From positions 5,202 to 69,201 of the forward strand of contig LBOO01000007.1 in assembly GCA_000989565.1 (NCBI GenBank): a stretch of 64,000 nucleotides of DNA, given 5' to 3'. Shown piece by piece: positions 8,570 through 16,835 of the stretch; position 1 is the stretch's first letter, and every line of letters starts with the position of its first letter. The stretch is from Candidatus Peregrinibacteria bacterium GW2011_GWA2_33_10. GTDB lineage: Bacteria; Patescibacteriota; Gracilibacteria; UBA1369; GWC2-33-13. The notes under the pieces were generated by a model. It was not told the origin of the DNA. It saw nothing but the letters and a program-made list of their open reading frames with translations, and ran no database searches. The translations under genes were made by a program, and so were the position numbers.

Positions 8570-11500
8570 ATGAACAATTTCGATCAGGTGTTTCACGAGC
8601 AATATGAGATGTTGAATTCCGAGCAGAAGGAGGCTGTGGATTCGATTGAGGGGCCGGTGATGGTTTTGGCGGGGCCGGGGACGGGGAAGACGCAGATTTT
8701 AGCTTTGAGAATTGCACGGATTTTGCAGGTTACCGATATGTATCCGCACAATATTCTTTGTTTGACATTTACGGAAACAGGTGTTGTGGAAATGCGAAAG
8801 AGGCTTTTGAAATTTATTGGTCCTGATGCTTATCATGTCAGGATTTATACATTTCATTCGTTTTGTAATGATGTTCTTCAAGATTTTCCGGAAAAGTTTT
8901 TGATGAAAAGGGATGTTCAGGTGATTTCCGATATTGATAAAATTAAAATTTTTCAGGAAATTATTGATAATTTGCCTGTTGATTCAGTTTTAAAGCCTTT
9001 TTCCGCGCCTTATTTTTATCGCCGAGACTTGGAACAATTGATATCTGATTTAAAAAGAGAAAGTGTGAGTATTGAAGATTTTAAGTTGTTTTTGAAAGAG
9101 ATAGAGGTTTTCTTAAAAGTGAATGAACAAGTTATTGAAGAATTTATAGGTATTCATGGCAGGAGTTTAAATGATGAACATATTCAAACTTGTTATAATT
9201 GTTTTATAAAAGAGGATTTAAAAAAAAGTAATCAGATAGAAGTGTTTAAAGCGATTTTCAGAGATTTTTTTAATTGTGAATTTGAAGATGAAAAATTACT
9301 GAAAAAAGCTCGCACAAAATTAAAAAATTCAGTAAAAGATTTTTGGAACAGGTTGAAGAATAATTATCCCAAACATATTGCTTTAATTGATATTTATGAG
9401 GTTTATCAGAAGATTTTAAAGGAACGCGGTTTAATTGATTTTAATGACATGATTTGTTTTGTGGTGCAAAAATTCAAGGAAGACAGGGATTTGCTTTCTT
9501 ATTATCAGGAACAATTTCAATATGTTTTGATCGATGAATATCAGGATACGAATGGGGCTCAAAATGAAGCTATCAAGTTATTGGGAGAATTTTTTGAATC
9601 TCCGAATGTGTTTGTCGTGGGTGATGACAAACAGTCTATTTATCGTTTTCAAGGCGCATCTTTGGAGAATGTGCTTTCTTTTTATAAAAAATTTAAGACT
9701 TATTTAAAATTAATTAAGTTAAAAAATAATTATCGAAGCAGTCAAAATATTTTAGACGCGGCGCATTCGGTGATATCTCATAATGCTCATAATATTGATA
9801 ATTTTATTGAGGGTATTTCATCTTCTCTTGAAGCCGCTAAAGAAAAATCAATGCAAAAAGTTCAGATTTTTGAGTTTGATAATATTTCTGAAGAGAATTA
9901 TTTTGTGGCTAAGAAGATCGAATCTTTGATTAAGGAAGGGGTTAATCCTAATGAAATCGCGGTTTTATATCGTAATAATTCGGATTCGATCGAGATAGCA
10001 AAATTGTTGGAGATTATGCATGTTCCCTTTTATTTGCAAATAGGAGAGGATATTTTGAAGAATCTTAATATATTAAAAATATTGGATTTGATGGAATTGT
10101 TGGAGAATCCTTGGGATAGCGCTCTTTATTTTCGGGTTTTGAATTTTGATTTTTTGAATTTTAATTTTGTGGATAATGCCAGGTTGAGTCTTTTTGCGTC
10201 CAAAAATAAAAAAACTTTTTTCACTTTGACTCAGGATGTTGATTTTTTGCGAGAGAATGGAATTAAGTTTGTTGATAAATATCAGGAATTTTCGAATTAT
10301 TTAGCTAAATGGAGAAGTGATTCCATTAATTATGTTTTTAGTGATTTTTTTGAGATTTTAATTAAGGAATCAGGTTATCTTGATTATATTTTGAAGAGTG
10401 AAACTAAAATTGAAGATTTAAATCGTCTGAAAACTTTATTTGAATGGATTAAAGAAGTGAATAAGATTCAAAAGAGGATGAATTTGAAGCAAATTTTGGA
10501 AGATATTGAACTTTTGCGAAAAAATAACGCGGCGATTTTGCAGGAATCTTTGAAATTAAATAAAGACGCGGTTACGTTAATGACCACGCATAGGGCTAAA
10601 GGAACGGAATTTGAACATGTTTTTATTATTAAATGCGTGGATAAGCATTTTGGGAATAGCGCGGAAAAAGGTTATTTGAAATTGCCGCGCGGAATTATAA
10701 AAGATGATGTGTCTTTTAATGTTCAAGAGAAAAATGAGGATGAGAGAAGGCTTTTTTATGTTGCCATGACAAGAGCGAAAAAGTGTCTTTATTTAACTTA
10801 TGCCAATAAAAATGAAAAGAATAAAATGCAAGCGCCGTGTATTTTTTTAGTGGAAATAGATGAGAAATTTGTGGAAAGGCATAATGAAATGGAGTTGTCC
10901 GCGGATCTTTCCAATAGATTGGAACTTTTTTATGTGAATAAAAAAGCGGATAAGGAAGTTTCATCGGAGATTAAAGATTATTTGCGAACTTTAACGGATA
11001 ATTATGTGATGAGCGTGACGCATTTGAATAATTATTTGGATTGCAGCAAGAAATTTTATTATCAAAATTTATTAAAAGTGCCTTCGGCTAAGTCAAAGGA
11101 TGCTGTTTTCGGTACTGCCGTCCATGAAGCTTTGAAAGATTTATTAAATAGTTTTAAAGAAGGAAAATTGGCGGATAAAGAATTTTTTTTGCAGAGGTTT
11201 GAATATTATCTTGGAAAAGAGGTTTTAACCGAGCAAGAATTTGAAGATTCTTTAAATTATGGGAAATTGCATTTGTGCGAGTATTTTGATTATTATAAAA
11301 AAGATTTAAAACCGAATATTTTGTTGGAATACAGTTTTGCCGGTCATGGAGTTAATGTTGATGGTTTAAAAATAACCGGAAGATTGGATAAATTGGAAAT
11401 TTTGGATAATATTAAAAATACTGTGCATGTTGTGGATTTTAAAACCGGAAATCCTGACAATAAAATTTCAGCGTTGTCCATGGGTGGGGATTATCGTAGG

Positions 11501-11752
11501 CAAATCGCTTTTTATCAACTTTTGTGTGACTCGTCGCCGCGTTTTCCTTACAAAATGGTGTCAGGGGAAATTAATTTTGTACAGAAAAGCAAAAAAGATA
11601 ATGATTTTAAAAATTATAGAATGGAAATTTCAGAGCAGGAACTTCGCGATCTGAAGAAGATGATTGGTCTTGTGTATGAGGAGATTTCAAGATTGTATTT
11701 TTTGGAAAAGCCGGGGTGTGGGAAGTGCGAGTGGTGCGAGATGAAAGGATAG
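8570..11752 (+). CDS. UvrD/PcrA-type SF1 helicase fused to a C-terminal PD-(D/E)XK (RecB/AddB/Cas4-type) nuclease with Cys cluster
   Basis: Walker A GPGTGKT, LIDEYQDTN, VVGDDKQSIYRFQGA, MTTHRAKGTEF. C-terminal GRLDKL, VVDFKTG, RRQIAFYQLL nuclease motifs. One distal Cys (LDCSKKF) plus terminal CGKCEWC. Confidence 0.8.
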   Translation: MNNFDQVFHEQYEMLNSEQKEAVDSIEGPVMVLAGPGTGKTQILALRIARILQVTDMYPHNILCLTFTETGVVEMRKRLLKFIGPDAYHVRIYTFHSFCNDVLQDFPEKFLMKRDVQVISDIDKIKIFQEIIDNLPVDSVLKPFSAPYFYRRDLEQLISDLKRESVSIEDFKLFLKEIEVFLKVNEQVIEEFIGIHGRSLNDEHIQTCYNCFIKEDLKKSNQIEVFKAIFRDFFNCEFEDEKLLKKARTKLKNSVKDFWNRLKNNYPKHIALIDIYEVYQKILKERGLIDFNDMICFVVQKFKEDRDLLSYYQEQFQYVLIDEYQDTNGAQNEAIKLLGEFFESPNVFVVGDDKQSIYRFQGASLENVLSFYKKFKTYLKLIKLKNNYRSSQNILDAAHSVISHNAHNIDNFIEGISSSLEAAKEKSMQKVQIFEFDNISEENYFVAKKIESLIKEGVNPNEIAVLYRNNSDSIEIAKLLEIMHVPFYLQIGEDILKNLNILKILDLMELLENPWDSALYFRVLNFDFLNFNFVDNARLSLFASKNKKTFFTLTQDVDFLRENGIKFVDKYQEFSNYLAKWRSDSINYVFSDFFEILIKESGYLDYILKSETKIEDLNRLKTLFEWIKEVNKIQKRMNLKQILEDIELLRKNNAAILQESLKLNKDAVTLMTTHRAKGTEFEHVFIIKCVDKHFGNSAEKGYLKLPRGIIKDDVSFNVQEKNEDERRLFYVAMTRAKKCLYLTYANKNEKNKMQAPCIFLVEIDEKFVERHNEMELSADLSNRLELFYVNKKADKEVSSEIKDYLRTLTDNYVMSVTHLNNYLDCSKKFYYQNLLKVPSAKSKDAVFGTAVHEALKDLLNSFKEGKLADKEFFLQRFEYYLGKEVLTEQEFEDSLNYGKLHLCEYFDYYKKDLKPNILLEYSFAGHGVNVDGLKITGRLDKLEILDNIKNTVHVVDFKTGNPDNKISALSMGGDYRRQIAFYQLLCDSSPRFPYKMVSGEINFVQKSKKDNDFKNYRMEISEQELRDLKKMIGLVYEEISRLYFLEKPGCGKCEWCEMKG

Positions 11753-11827
11753 TACAGTTATAAATTTGATTTGTTGGTGTAAATTTGCTAAAAGGTGAAG
11801 GCTTTTTTAATTCCTTTAAAATTTATT

Positions 11828-12817
11828 ATGGCAGAAAAACTTGGTAGTAAATTCGTGGAAGGATTTTCTGAGAATGACAATTCAAGAGGTTTAAAGCGAA
11901 GGGATTTTTTAATTCACGGGGGTGTAGTTTCGCTTTTATCTTGTTTAGGGATTTATAAAATACTGCCATTTTTAGTTAATTCTGAAAATAAGGAATTTAT
12001 AATAAAAAACCTAATCAGTGAAGTTGAAAGTGGGATTTCGTCTCTTGCAGAATTGGTATTTCCAAATTTAGAACAATATATTGAGGATCCTAAAATGATT
12101 TACGGAATTCATGAAATTTTTAATTTATTTGGAAAAAATAAGGATAATGAATTAAGAAATATTGAAACGGTAAAGAGAAAAGGAAGCACAGACACAAAAA
12201 TCAGAGATTCCAATTTTTTCAGTTACGGAATTCTTAAAGATTTTAATAAAAGCGAGACAAAGCCAATTGGGTTGTATAGTCCTTATTATAATGTAATGGC
12301 GCTACATGAAAATTTTGACGGACAAAATATAATTGATCTTATTATTGCTTTTCATGAAGGTGTTCATGTTCTGTGGGATCGAGAATACAGAAATGAAGTG
12401 CAGAAAAAATATCAGTTTTCAGATGCTACTTATAGACAAGATTATGATAAATATGTTTTTTTGTTTGGAACAGAAGTACAAAGCAATAGAGTCAGAATAT
12501 TTCTTCCGAATGAAGCATATGCTTATGCTGCTGAATTGGAATTGATCAATGTTTTGTTAAAGGGAAAGTTAAATGATATGGTTAAAAAAGGCGAAACTTT
12601 GAATTATGATTTTTTTTGTGATCAATTGAATATTTCTGTTGGAGTGGGAGATGAAATCAAGAAAATGTTTTATAATCGGACTAAGTTTTTAGCGGAAGAG
12701 TATTTTAAGTTAAGGAATGAAAAAAATCCTTATTTTAAAATGGATATAATTTCTTTATATGAAAATTGCGAAATTTATGATGATTCGGAGAATGGGGGAC
12801 TTGTAAGGGTAAAATAG
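11828..12817 (+). CDS. hypothetical HExxH (putative zinc metalloprotease-like) protein with Tat-like signal
   Basis: N-terminal KRRDFLIHGGVVSLLSCLG resembles a twin-arginine signal; AFHEGVHVL followed about 47 aa later by NEAYAYAAE; ATG 11828 preferred over GTG 11795. Confidence 0.5.
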   Translation: MAEKLGSKFVEGFSENDNSRGLKRRDFLIHGGVVSLLSCLGIYKILPFLVNSENKEFIIKNLISEVESGISSLAELVFPNLEQYIEDPKMIYGIHEIFNLFGKNKDNELRNIETVKRKGSTDTKIRDSNFFSYGILKDFNKSETKPIGLYSPYYNVMALHENFDGQNIIDLIIAFHEGVHVLWDREYRNEVQKKYQFSDATYRQDYDKYVFLFGTEVQSNRVRIFLPNEAYAYAAELELINVLLKGKLNDMVKKGETLNYDFFCDQLNISVGVGDEIKKMFYNRTKFLAEEYFKLRNEKNPYFKMDIISLYENCEIYDDSENGGLVRVK

Positions 12818-12824
12818 GACTATG

Positions 12825-13064
12825 TTATTGGTATGGATCTGCATTTCTTAATTTTTCTGCGTGCCGTGTTTCTCGATCTTCGTTAGCTTTTTTAGCATCT
12901 TCGTCGCTAATTGTTTGTGATAAACCCAGTTGTTCTCTCAAAATTTTGATTGTTTCCGTAGGCACAATTGGAAGATCTTTAAAAGCCTCTTTTTCATCTA
13001 AAAATTTTTTCGGTTGAGTACTATTATCAATTTCATGGGGGGTGGTTGGTTCTTTTTCTGACAT
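12825..13064 (-). CDS. hypothetical small acidic protein (79 aa)
   Basis: ORF only; no motif recognised. Confidence 0.35.
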   Translation of the reverse strand: MSEKEPTTPHEIDNSTQPKKFLDEKEAFKDLPIVPTETIKILREQLGLSQTISDEDAKKANEDRETRHAEKLRNADPYQ

Positions 13065-13144
13065 ACTTAAGTGGTAAAAGGATAATACTGCAAATTAAAT
13101 TTTGCGTAAGAATTATATGGAAGTTTTTGGCTTTGTCAAAAAAA

Positions 13145-14245
13145 TTATTTTTTTGTTTCAAACCTTCCCCTTTTGATTTCCTCTTTAATTTCTTCGCTAA
13201 CTGCTGAATTTGTGGCTATTGTATTTAGGATTGTTTGGGCTTTGTCTTGCGGGAGCAGCTTTATTTGGAAGTTGTCGGTGTGGTGGGGGTGGAGATTAAA
13301 GGTAATTTTGTCGTGGTGGAGGTTTAAATTTACTCCTATGCCTTGTTGTGTGTTTACTGAAAAGGTTTGGTCAAAAAGGAAGTTGCCGAGGGAGTAAAAT
13401 ATAACTTTTTGATTATAAATTTCGATTGGCTGGATTACATGAGGGTGGGTGCCGATGATGAGGTCGGCGCCGTAATCTATGATTTCATGCGCTTTTTGTT
13501 GCTGTAATTTTGAAAATTTTGTTTGATATTCATTGCCCCAATGTGGGAAGAAGATTATGAAATCAGCTAATTTTTCTTGTTTTATTTTTTGGATTTCTTT
13601 TTTTACTTTTTCAAAATTATTTGTGGAGAGTTCGTTATAGCCGACGAATGCGAGTTTTTGATTGCTTTTTTCTATGATGTAGCTGAGTTTTTCCTGATTT
13701 AGAGGTGAACCGAAGTAGTAAATGTTATTTTGCGTTAAGTAATTTCGCGTTTGGTCTAATCCTACTTGGCCGTAATTTAGAGAATGGTTATTAGCTAGTC
13801 CTAAAACATTAAAGCCTGTTTGAGCTAATATAGGAGTGACGCTGGGATCGAATGTGAATGTTAAATTATTCGGATGAAGTTTTTTTGGCGCGAAGTCTGT
13901 AATCGGTCCTTCCAAATTGGCATAAATCAGATCCGGTTTTGAATCTGCGATAAATGTTTTTATTTGTTCAAATGGATATTCGAGGCTTTTTTTATTCATT
14001 GCAACTCGAACATATCGATCGAGCATTAAATCGCCGAAAGTTAAAATATTGATGGAATATTCGTATTTTTTGGATGTATCTTTTTTAACAATATTTGCTT
14101 TTGCTTTTTTATTTTTTTCTTTGAGGAGATTAACTTGTTTATTTTCAGGCAATAATTGATAAATTTTCGCGCTTAGATTAAAAAAATTGTTGGCTAACGC
14201 AAGAATTAAGATAAAAGAGAGAGCGACGAGTATCTTTTTGTACAT
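13145..14245 (-). CDS. CapA/PGA_cap family metallophosphoesterase-like protein
   Basis: FGDLMLDR, ANLEGP, LANNHSLNYG, HWGNEY, GTHPHVIQP motifs in CapA order; N-terminal membrane anchor. Confidence 0.75.
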   Translation of the reverse strand: MYKKILVALSFILILALANNFFNLSAKIYQLLPENKQVNLLKEKNKKAKANIVKKDTSKKYEYSINILTFGDLMLDRYVRVAMNKKSLEYPFEQIKTFIADSKPDLIYANLEGPITDFAPKKLHPNNLTFTFDPSVTPILAQTGFNVLGLANNHSLNYGQVGLDQTRNYLTQNNIYYFGSPLNQEKLSYIIEKSNQKLAFVGYNELSTNNFEKVKKEIQKIKQEKLADFIIFFPHWGNEYQTKFSKLQQQKAHEIIDYGADLIIGTHPHVIQPIEIYNQKVIFYSLGNFLFDQTFSVNTQQGIGVNLNLHHDKITFNLHPHHTDNFQIKLLPQDKAQTILNTIATNSAVSEEIKEEIKRGRFETKK

Positions 14246-14309
14246 ATTTTAAGATCAATGTGTTAGTTAGATTAACATATTGATGTTTTTGGAAACAAGG
14301 AGAAAGCAA

Positions 14310-14504
14310 TTAATTCGCATGTTTAGCATATGTTTTTAAACATTTGCTGCATAGTTTCACTTTATAAATTATTCCTGTTTGGGGATCGTGAAGTTTTTTG
14401 ACAAATAAATTCGGTTTGAATGTTCTTTTTGTTCTGCGATGTGAATGGCTTATGTTCATTCCTACTTGGGTTTTTTTTAAACAGAATTGGCATCTATTGG
14501 ACAT
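14310..14504 (-). CDS. rpmB: 50S ribosomal protein L28
   Basis: MSNRCQFCLKKTQVGMNISHSHRRTKRTFKPNL matches the L28 N-terminal consensus. Confidence 0.9.
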   Translation of the reverse strand: MSNRCQFCLKKTQVGMNISHSHRRTKRTFKPNLFVKKLHDPQTGIIYKVKLCSKCLKTYAKHAN

Positions 14505-14668
14505 GGGGAAGTGAGATTAGTGGTTATGGATTCGTAATCCGTCTTTTACCGTTTACGGGGCAGACGACTTACCAACTTAATTTGTTGCTAAAAATTTTTT
14601 CTTAAATTAGAATTAGCAGCACAAAGAATATGATATTTTTTGTTTATTATCAAGGTAAATTTAATAAA

Positions 14669-15307
14669 ATGTCAGATTTTCAAGAAATTTTTTATATAGC
14701 TGTGGGGATTTTATCGGCAATTACCATTCATGAATGCGCTCATGCTTGGGTGGCGGATAAGTTGGGGGATGATACTGCAAAAATGGAAGGAAGGGTAACT
14801 TTAAATCCTTTGGCTCATTTGGATTTTTTTGGTACTTTAATGTTTATTTTTGTGCATTTTGGCTGGGGTAAGCCTGTACCCGTAAACGCGTCCAATTTTA
14901 AAAATCCTTGGAAAGATTCGATTTTGGTTTCTATTGCGGGTCCTTTGTCAAACTTTTTATTGGCAATTTTTTTGTCAATTTTTTTGCGCATTTTTGTGGC
15001 TAAAGATATTTATGATGGATATTTCTTTTTTTTAGTAAGTTATATTTTTTATACCAATATCAGTTTGGGTGTTTTTAATTTGCTACCTTTTCCTCCGCTT
15101 GATGGATCAAAAATTTTTCAGTTGTTTGTGCCGCTTAGATATCGAGAAAATTATTATCGTTTTTTAAATGACGGGGTTAAATATTTTATGCTTTTTATTT
15201 TGTTGGATATTTTTTTATTTCCAAAAGTTTTAGGTTATTCAATTGTTCGTCAAATATTGACCTATGTTATTAATTTTTTAGTTAGCGTAATTTTGATTGG
15301 AAGTTAA
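14669..15307 (+). CDS. site-2 protease family (peptidase M50) membrane metalloprotease
   Basis: HECAHAW (HExxH) and NLLPFPPLDGSKI (LDG) motifs within TM segments; ATG 14669 preferred over 14630. Confidence 0.8.
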   Translation: MSDFQEIFYIAVGILSAITIHECAHAWVADKLGDDTAKMEGRVTLNPLAHLDFFGTLMFIFVHFGWGKPVPVNASNFKNPWKDSILVSIAGPLSNFLLAIFLSIFLRIFVAKDIYDGYFFFLVSYIFYTNISLGVFNLLPFPPLDGSKIFQLFVPLRYRENYYRFLNDGVKYFMLFILLDIFLFPKVLGYSIVRQILTYVINFLVSVILIGS

Positions 15308-15346
15308 GATTTGTATTTAGTGAAATGCTTTACAACAAAGATTCGG

Positions 15347-15530
15347 TTTGTTAGTTTAAAAATGCTCGACTATGTTTGTTTAAAAAGCTTTTATTAGTGT
15401 CTCGACAGCATCCTTAAGGAGTTTCTATATTTGCTCGGACCGTGGTCCTGAGCATGCGGGATTCCACCTAATATCAGGGGGAACTAATATAAGACAGAAA
15501 CGGCATAGTGGAGCTTTTATGAGTTATATC
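15347..15530 (+). ncRNA. candidate structured rod-like RNA upstream of tRNA-Thr; identity unresolved
   Basis: ORF-free. Long-range pairings: 15364..15374 with 15504..15514 (10 of 11 bp) and 15387..15398 with 15483..15495 (11 bp). Central 10-bp hairpin at 15432..15454, flanked by a poorly paired bubble. Confidence 0.3.
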
Positions 15531-15597
15531 TATTGCATTTAAGATAAAAATTTTTTAAACTTTCTTTGCTCTGAGGTAAAGATTATAAATAAAAATT

Positions 15598-15673
15598 GCC
15601 GCGATAGCTCAGTTGGTAGAGCGCACCCATGGTAAGGGTGAGGTCTCGGGTTCGATTCCCGATCGCGGCTCCA
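15598..15673 (+). tRNA. tRNA-Thr (anticodon GGU), CCA encoded
   Basis: Cloverleaf folded by eye: acceptor GCCGCGA/TCGCGGC, D arm GCTC..GAGC, anticodon stem CACCC/GGGTG with loop ATGGTAA, T arm TCGGG-TTCGATT-CCCGA. Confidence 0.9.
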
Positions 15674-15730
15674 GGGGATTTTTTATATTAAATTTGTGAA
15701 GTCGGTTTTTTGACAATCTAACCTGATACA

Positions 15731-16187
15731 ATGTTAAAAAATTATACAATTATTTTTGGATTTCTTTTAGTAGCGGTACTAATCAATCCAATTGATAGTT
15801 TTGCTTCCGCTGCTTGCTCTCACCATGATGGTATTGATTGTGAGGCGGGTGTTGATATTGATGGTAGTGTAATTTGTACAGATGGATGGATTGATAGTGA
15901 AATTTTGTACTCAGAAATTAAAAAAGAATGTGGAGAACAATATGTGGAATATAAGAAATAGAGGAGAAATTGATGTGAATTTGGAAGGATATTATGTTAT
16001 TGGCTCAAAAAGTGATGAAAAATTTATTTTTGATGAATATGTTTTAAAATCCGGGGAGAGTGTAAGAGTAACCACCAATAAAGATGCTCCAACTTTTGGA
16101 AATGACAGCGCAATTTGGAGCAATTTAGGAGAAACAGTTTATTTGTATGATGAGAATGGTGGTTTGGTGGATAGTTATGGGTGGTAA
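15731..16187 (+). pseudogene. secreted lamin-tail-domain (LTD) protein interrupted by a 1-nt frameshift near 15945..15961
   Basis: ORF 15731..15961 carries a signal peptide and ends ..GEQYVEYKK-stop. The next frame continues IRNRGEIDVNLEGYYV...IWSNLGETVYLYDENGGLVDSYGW. Removing one base restores EQYVEIRNRG, the LTD start consensus. Confidence 0.65.
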
Positions 16188-16205
16188 AAATATTCACTTA
16201 AAAAA

Positions 16206-16513
16206 TTATATAAATAAATCACCAAACAAAATACTTCCCTTCTCTGGGATCATATTTTCGCTATAAATTAAATATTGTAACTCAAAATTTTTATAAGTAT
16301 CCATTTTATTGTCAGATAATACAAATTGTAAAGGTCCTAACCTATAATTATTAGGAGAAATGGTAATACTTTCATTTGGGTATAAAAAACTCTGATCGCT
16401 ATCATGATTCTGGCGATATCTTAAAAATCCTATTCCGCGATTATCAATATCATTTCAACAGCTTTTTCCCCATTTTTTAGCAAATCTTCAAATATTGATT
16501 CTGCATTATCCAT
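16206..16513 (-). pseudogene. frameshifted small gene of unknown function (pieces 16430..16513 and 16206..16436)
   Basis: Hand translation: MDNAESIFEDLLKNGEKAVEMILIIAE-stop. An overlapping frame continues GIGFLRYRQNHDSDQSFLYPNESITISPNNYRLGPLQFVLSDNKMDTYKNFELQYLIYSENMIPEKGSILFGDLFI-stop. Confidence 0.4.
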
Positions 16514-16649
16514 AAATCATATTTATCATTAAAAGCATAACAAATTTTTGCCCAAGGTGGTCGAATTCGGACTAGAATTTAGTAACTATGTTCTTCTCTA
16601 GTTTTTATTTCCGCTTTAAGGCGTAGTCGTTGAAATGAGCTTATACTTG

Positions 16650-16696
16650 TGGTAAGGTCTAAGTTTTTTACAGCTTTTGCCGATCGCGGTTTCAGG
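16650..16696 (+). repeat. decayed duplicate of the 3-prime half of tRNA-Thr (putative att remnant)
   Basis: TGGTAAGG (8 of 8) and CCGATCGCGGTTTCAGG (15 of 17) match tRNA-Thr positions 15630..15637 and 15659..15675 at nearly the same spacing (47 vs 46 nt). Confidence 0.45.
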
Positions 16697-16835
16697 TTGA
16701 AGGGGGAATTAGTTCTTTTGCGAGCGAATTTTAATTGTTTTTTTTAATACCTTTTTTTGGGCCATCGTTTTGCTTTATTATGTTTATATGTTATAATAAT
16801 GTTTGTAAGTCTTAATTATTTTGAATTAATATATT

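Noticed and set aside
14540-14565. GGATTCGTAATCCGTC upstream of rpmB as another heptamer array or a tRNA fragment
   Set aside because: It has only one and a half units. The 5-bp stem with a 3-nt loop is not tRNA-like. It is too short to call.
15347-15530. RNase P RNA, suggested by GACAGAAACGGCATAG resembling the CR-V ACAGAACCCGGCUUA segment
   Set aside because: The universally conserved GAGGAAAGUCC (P4 5-prime strand) is absent on either strand. The free interval (about 290 nt between flanking genes) is short. No tmRNA (tRNA-like 3-prime end) or SRP (GGAA/AGCA helix 8) signatures are present either.
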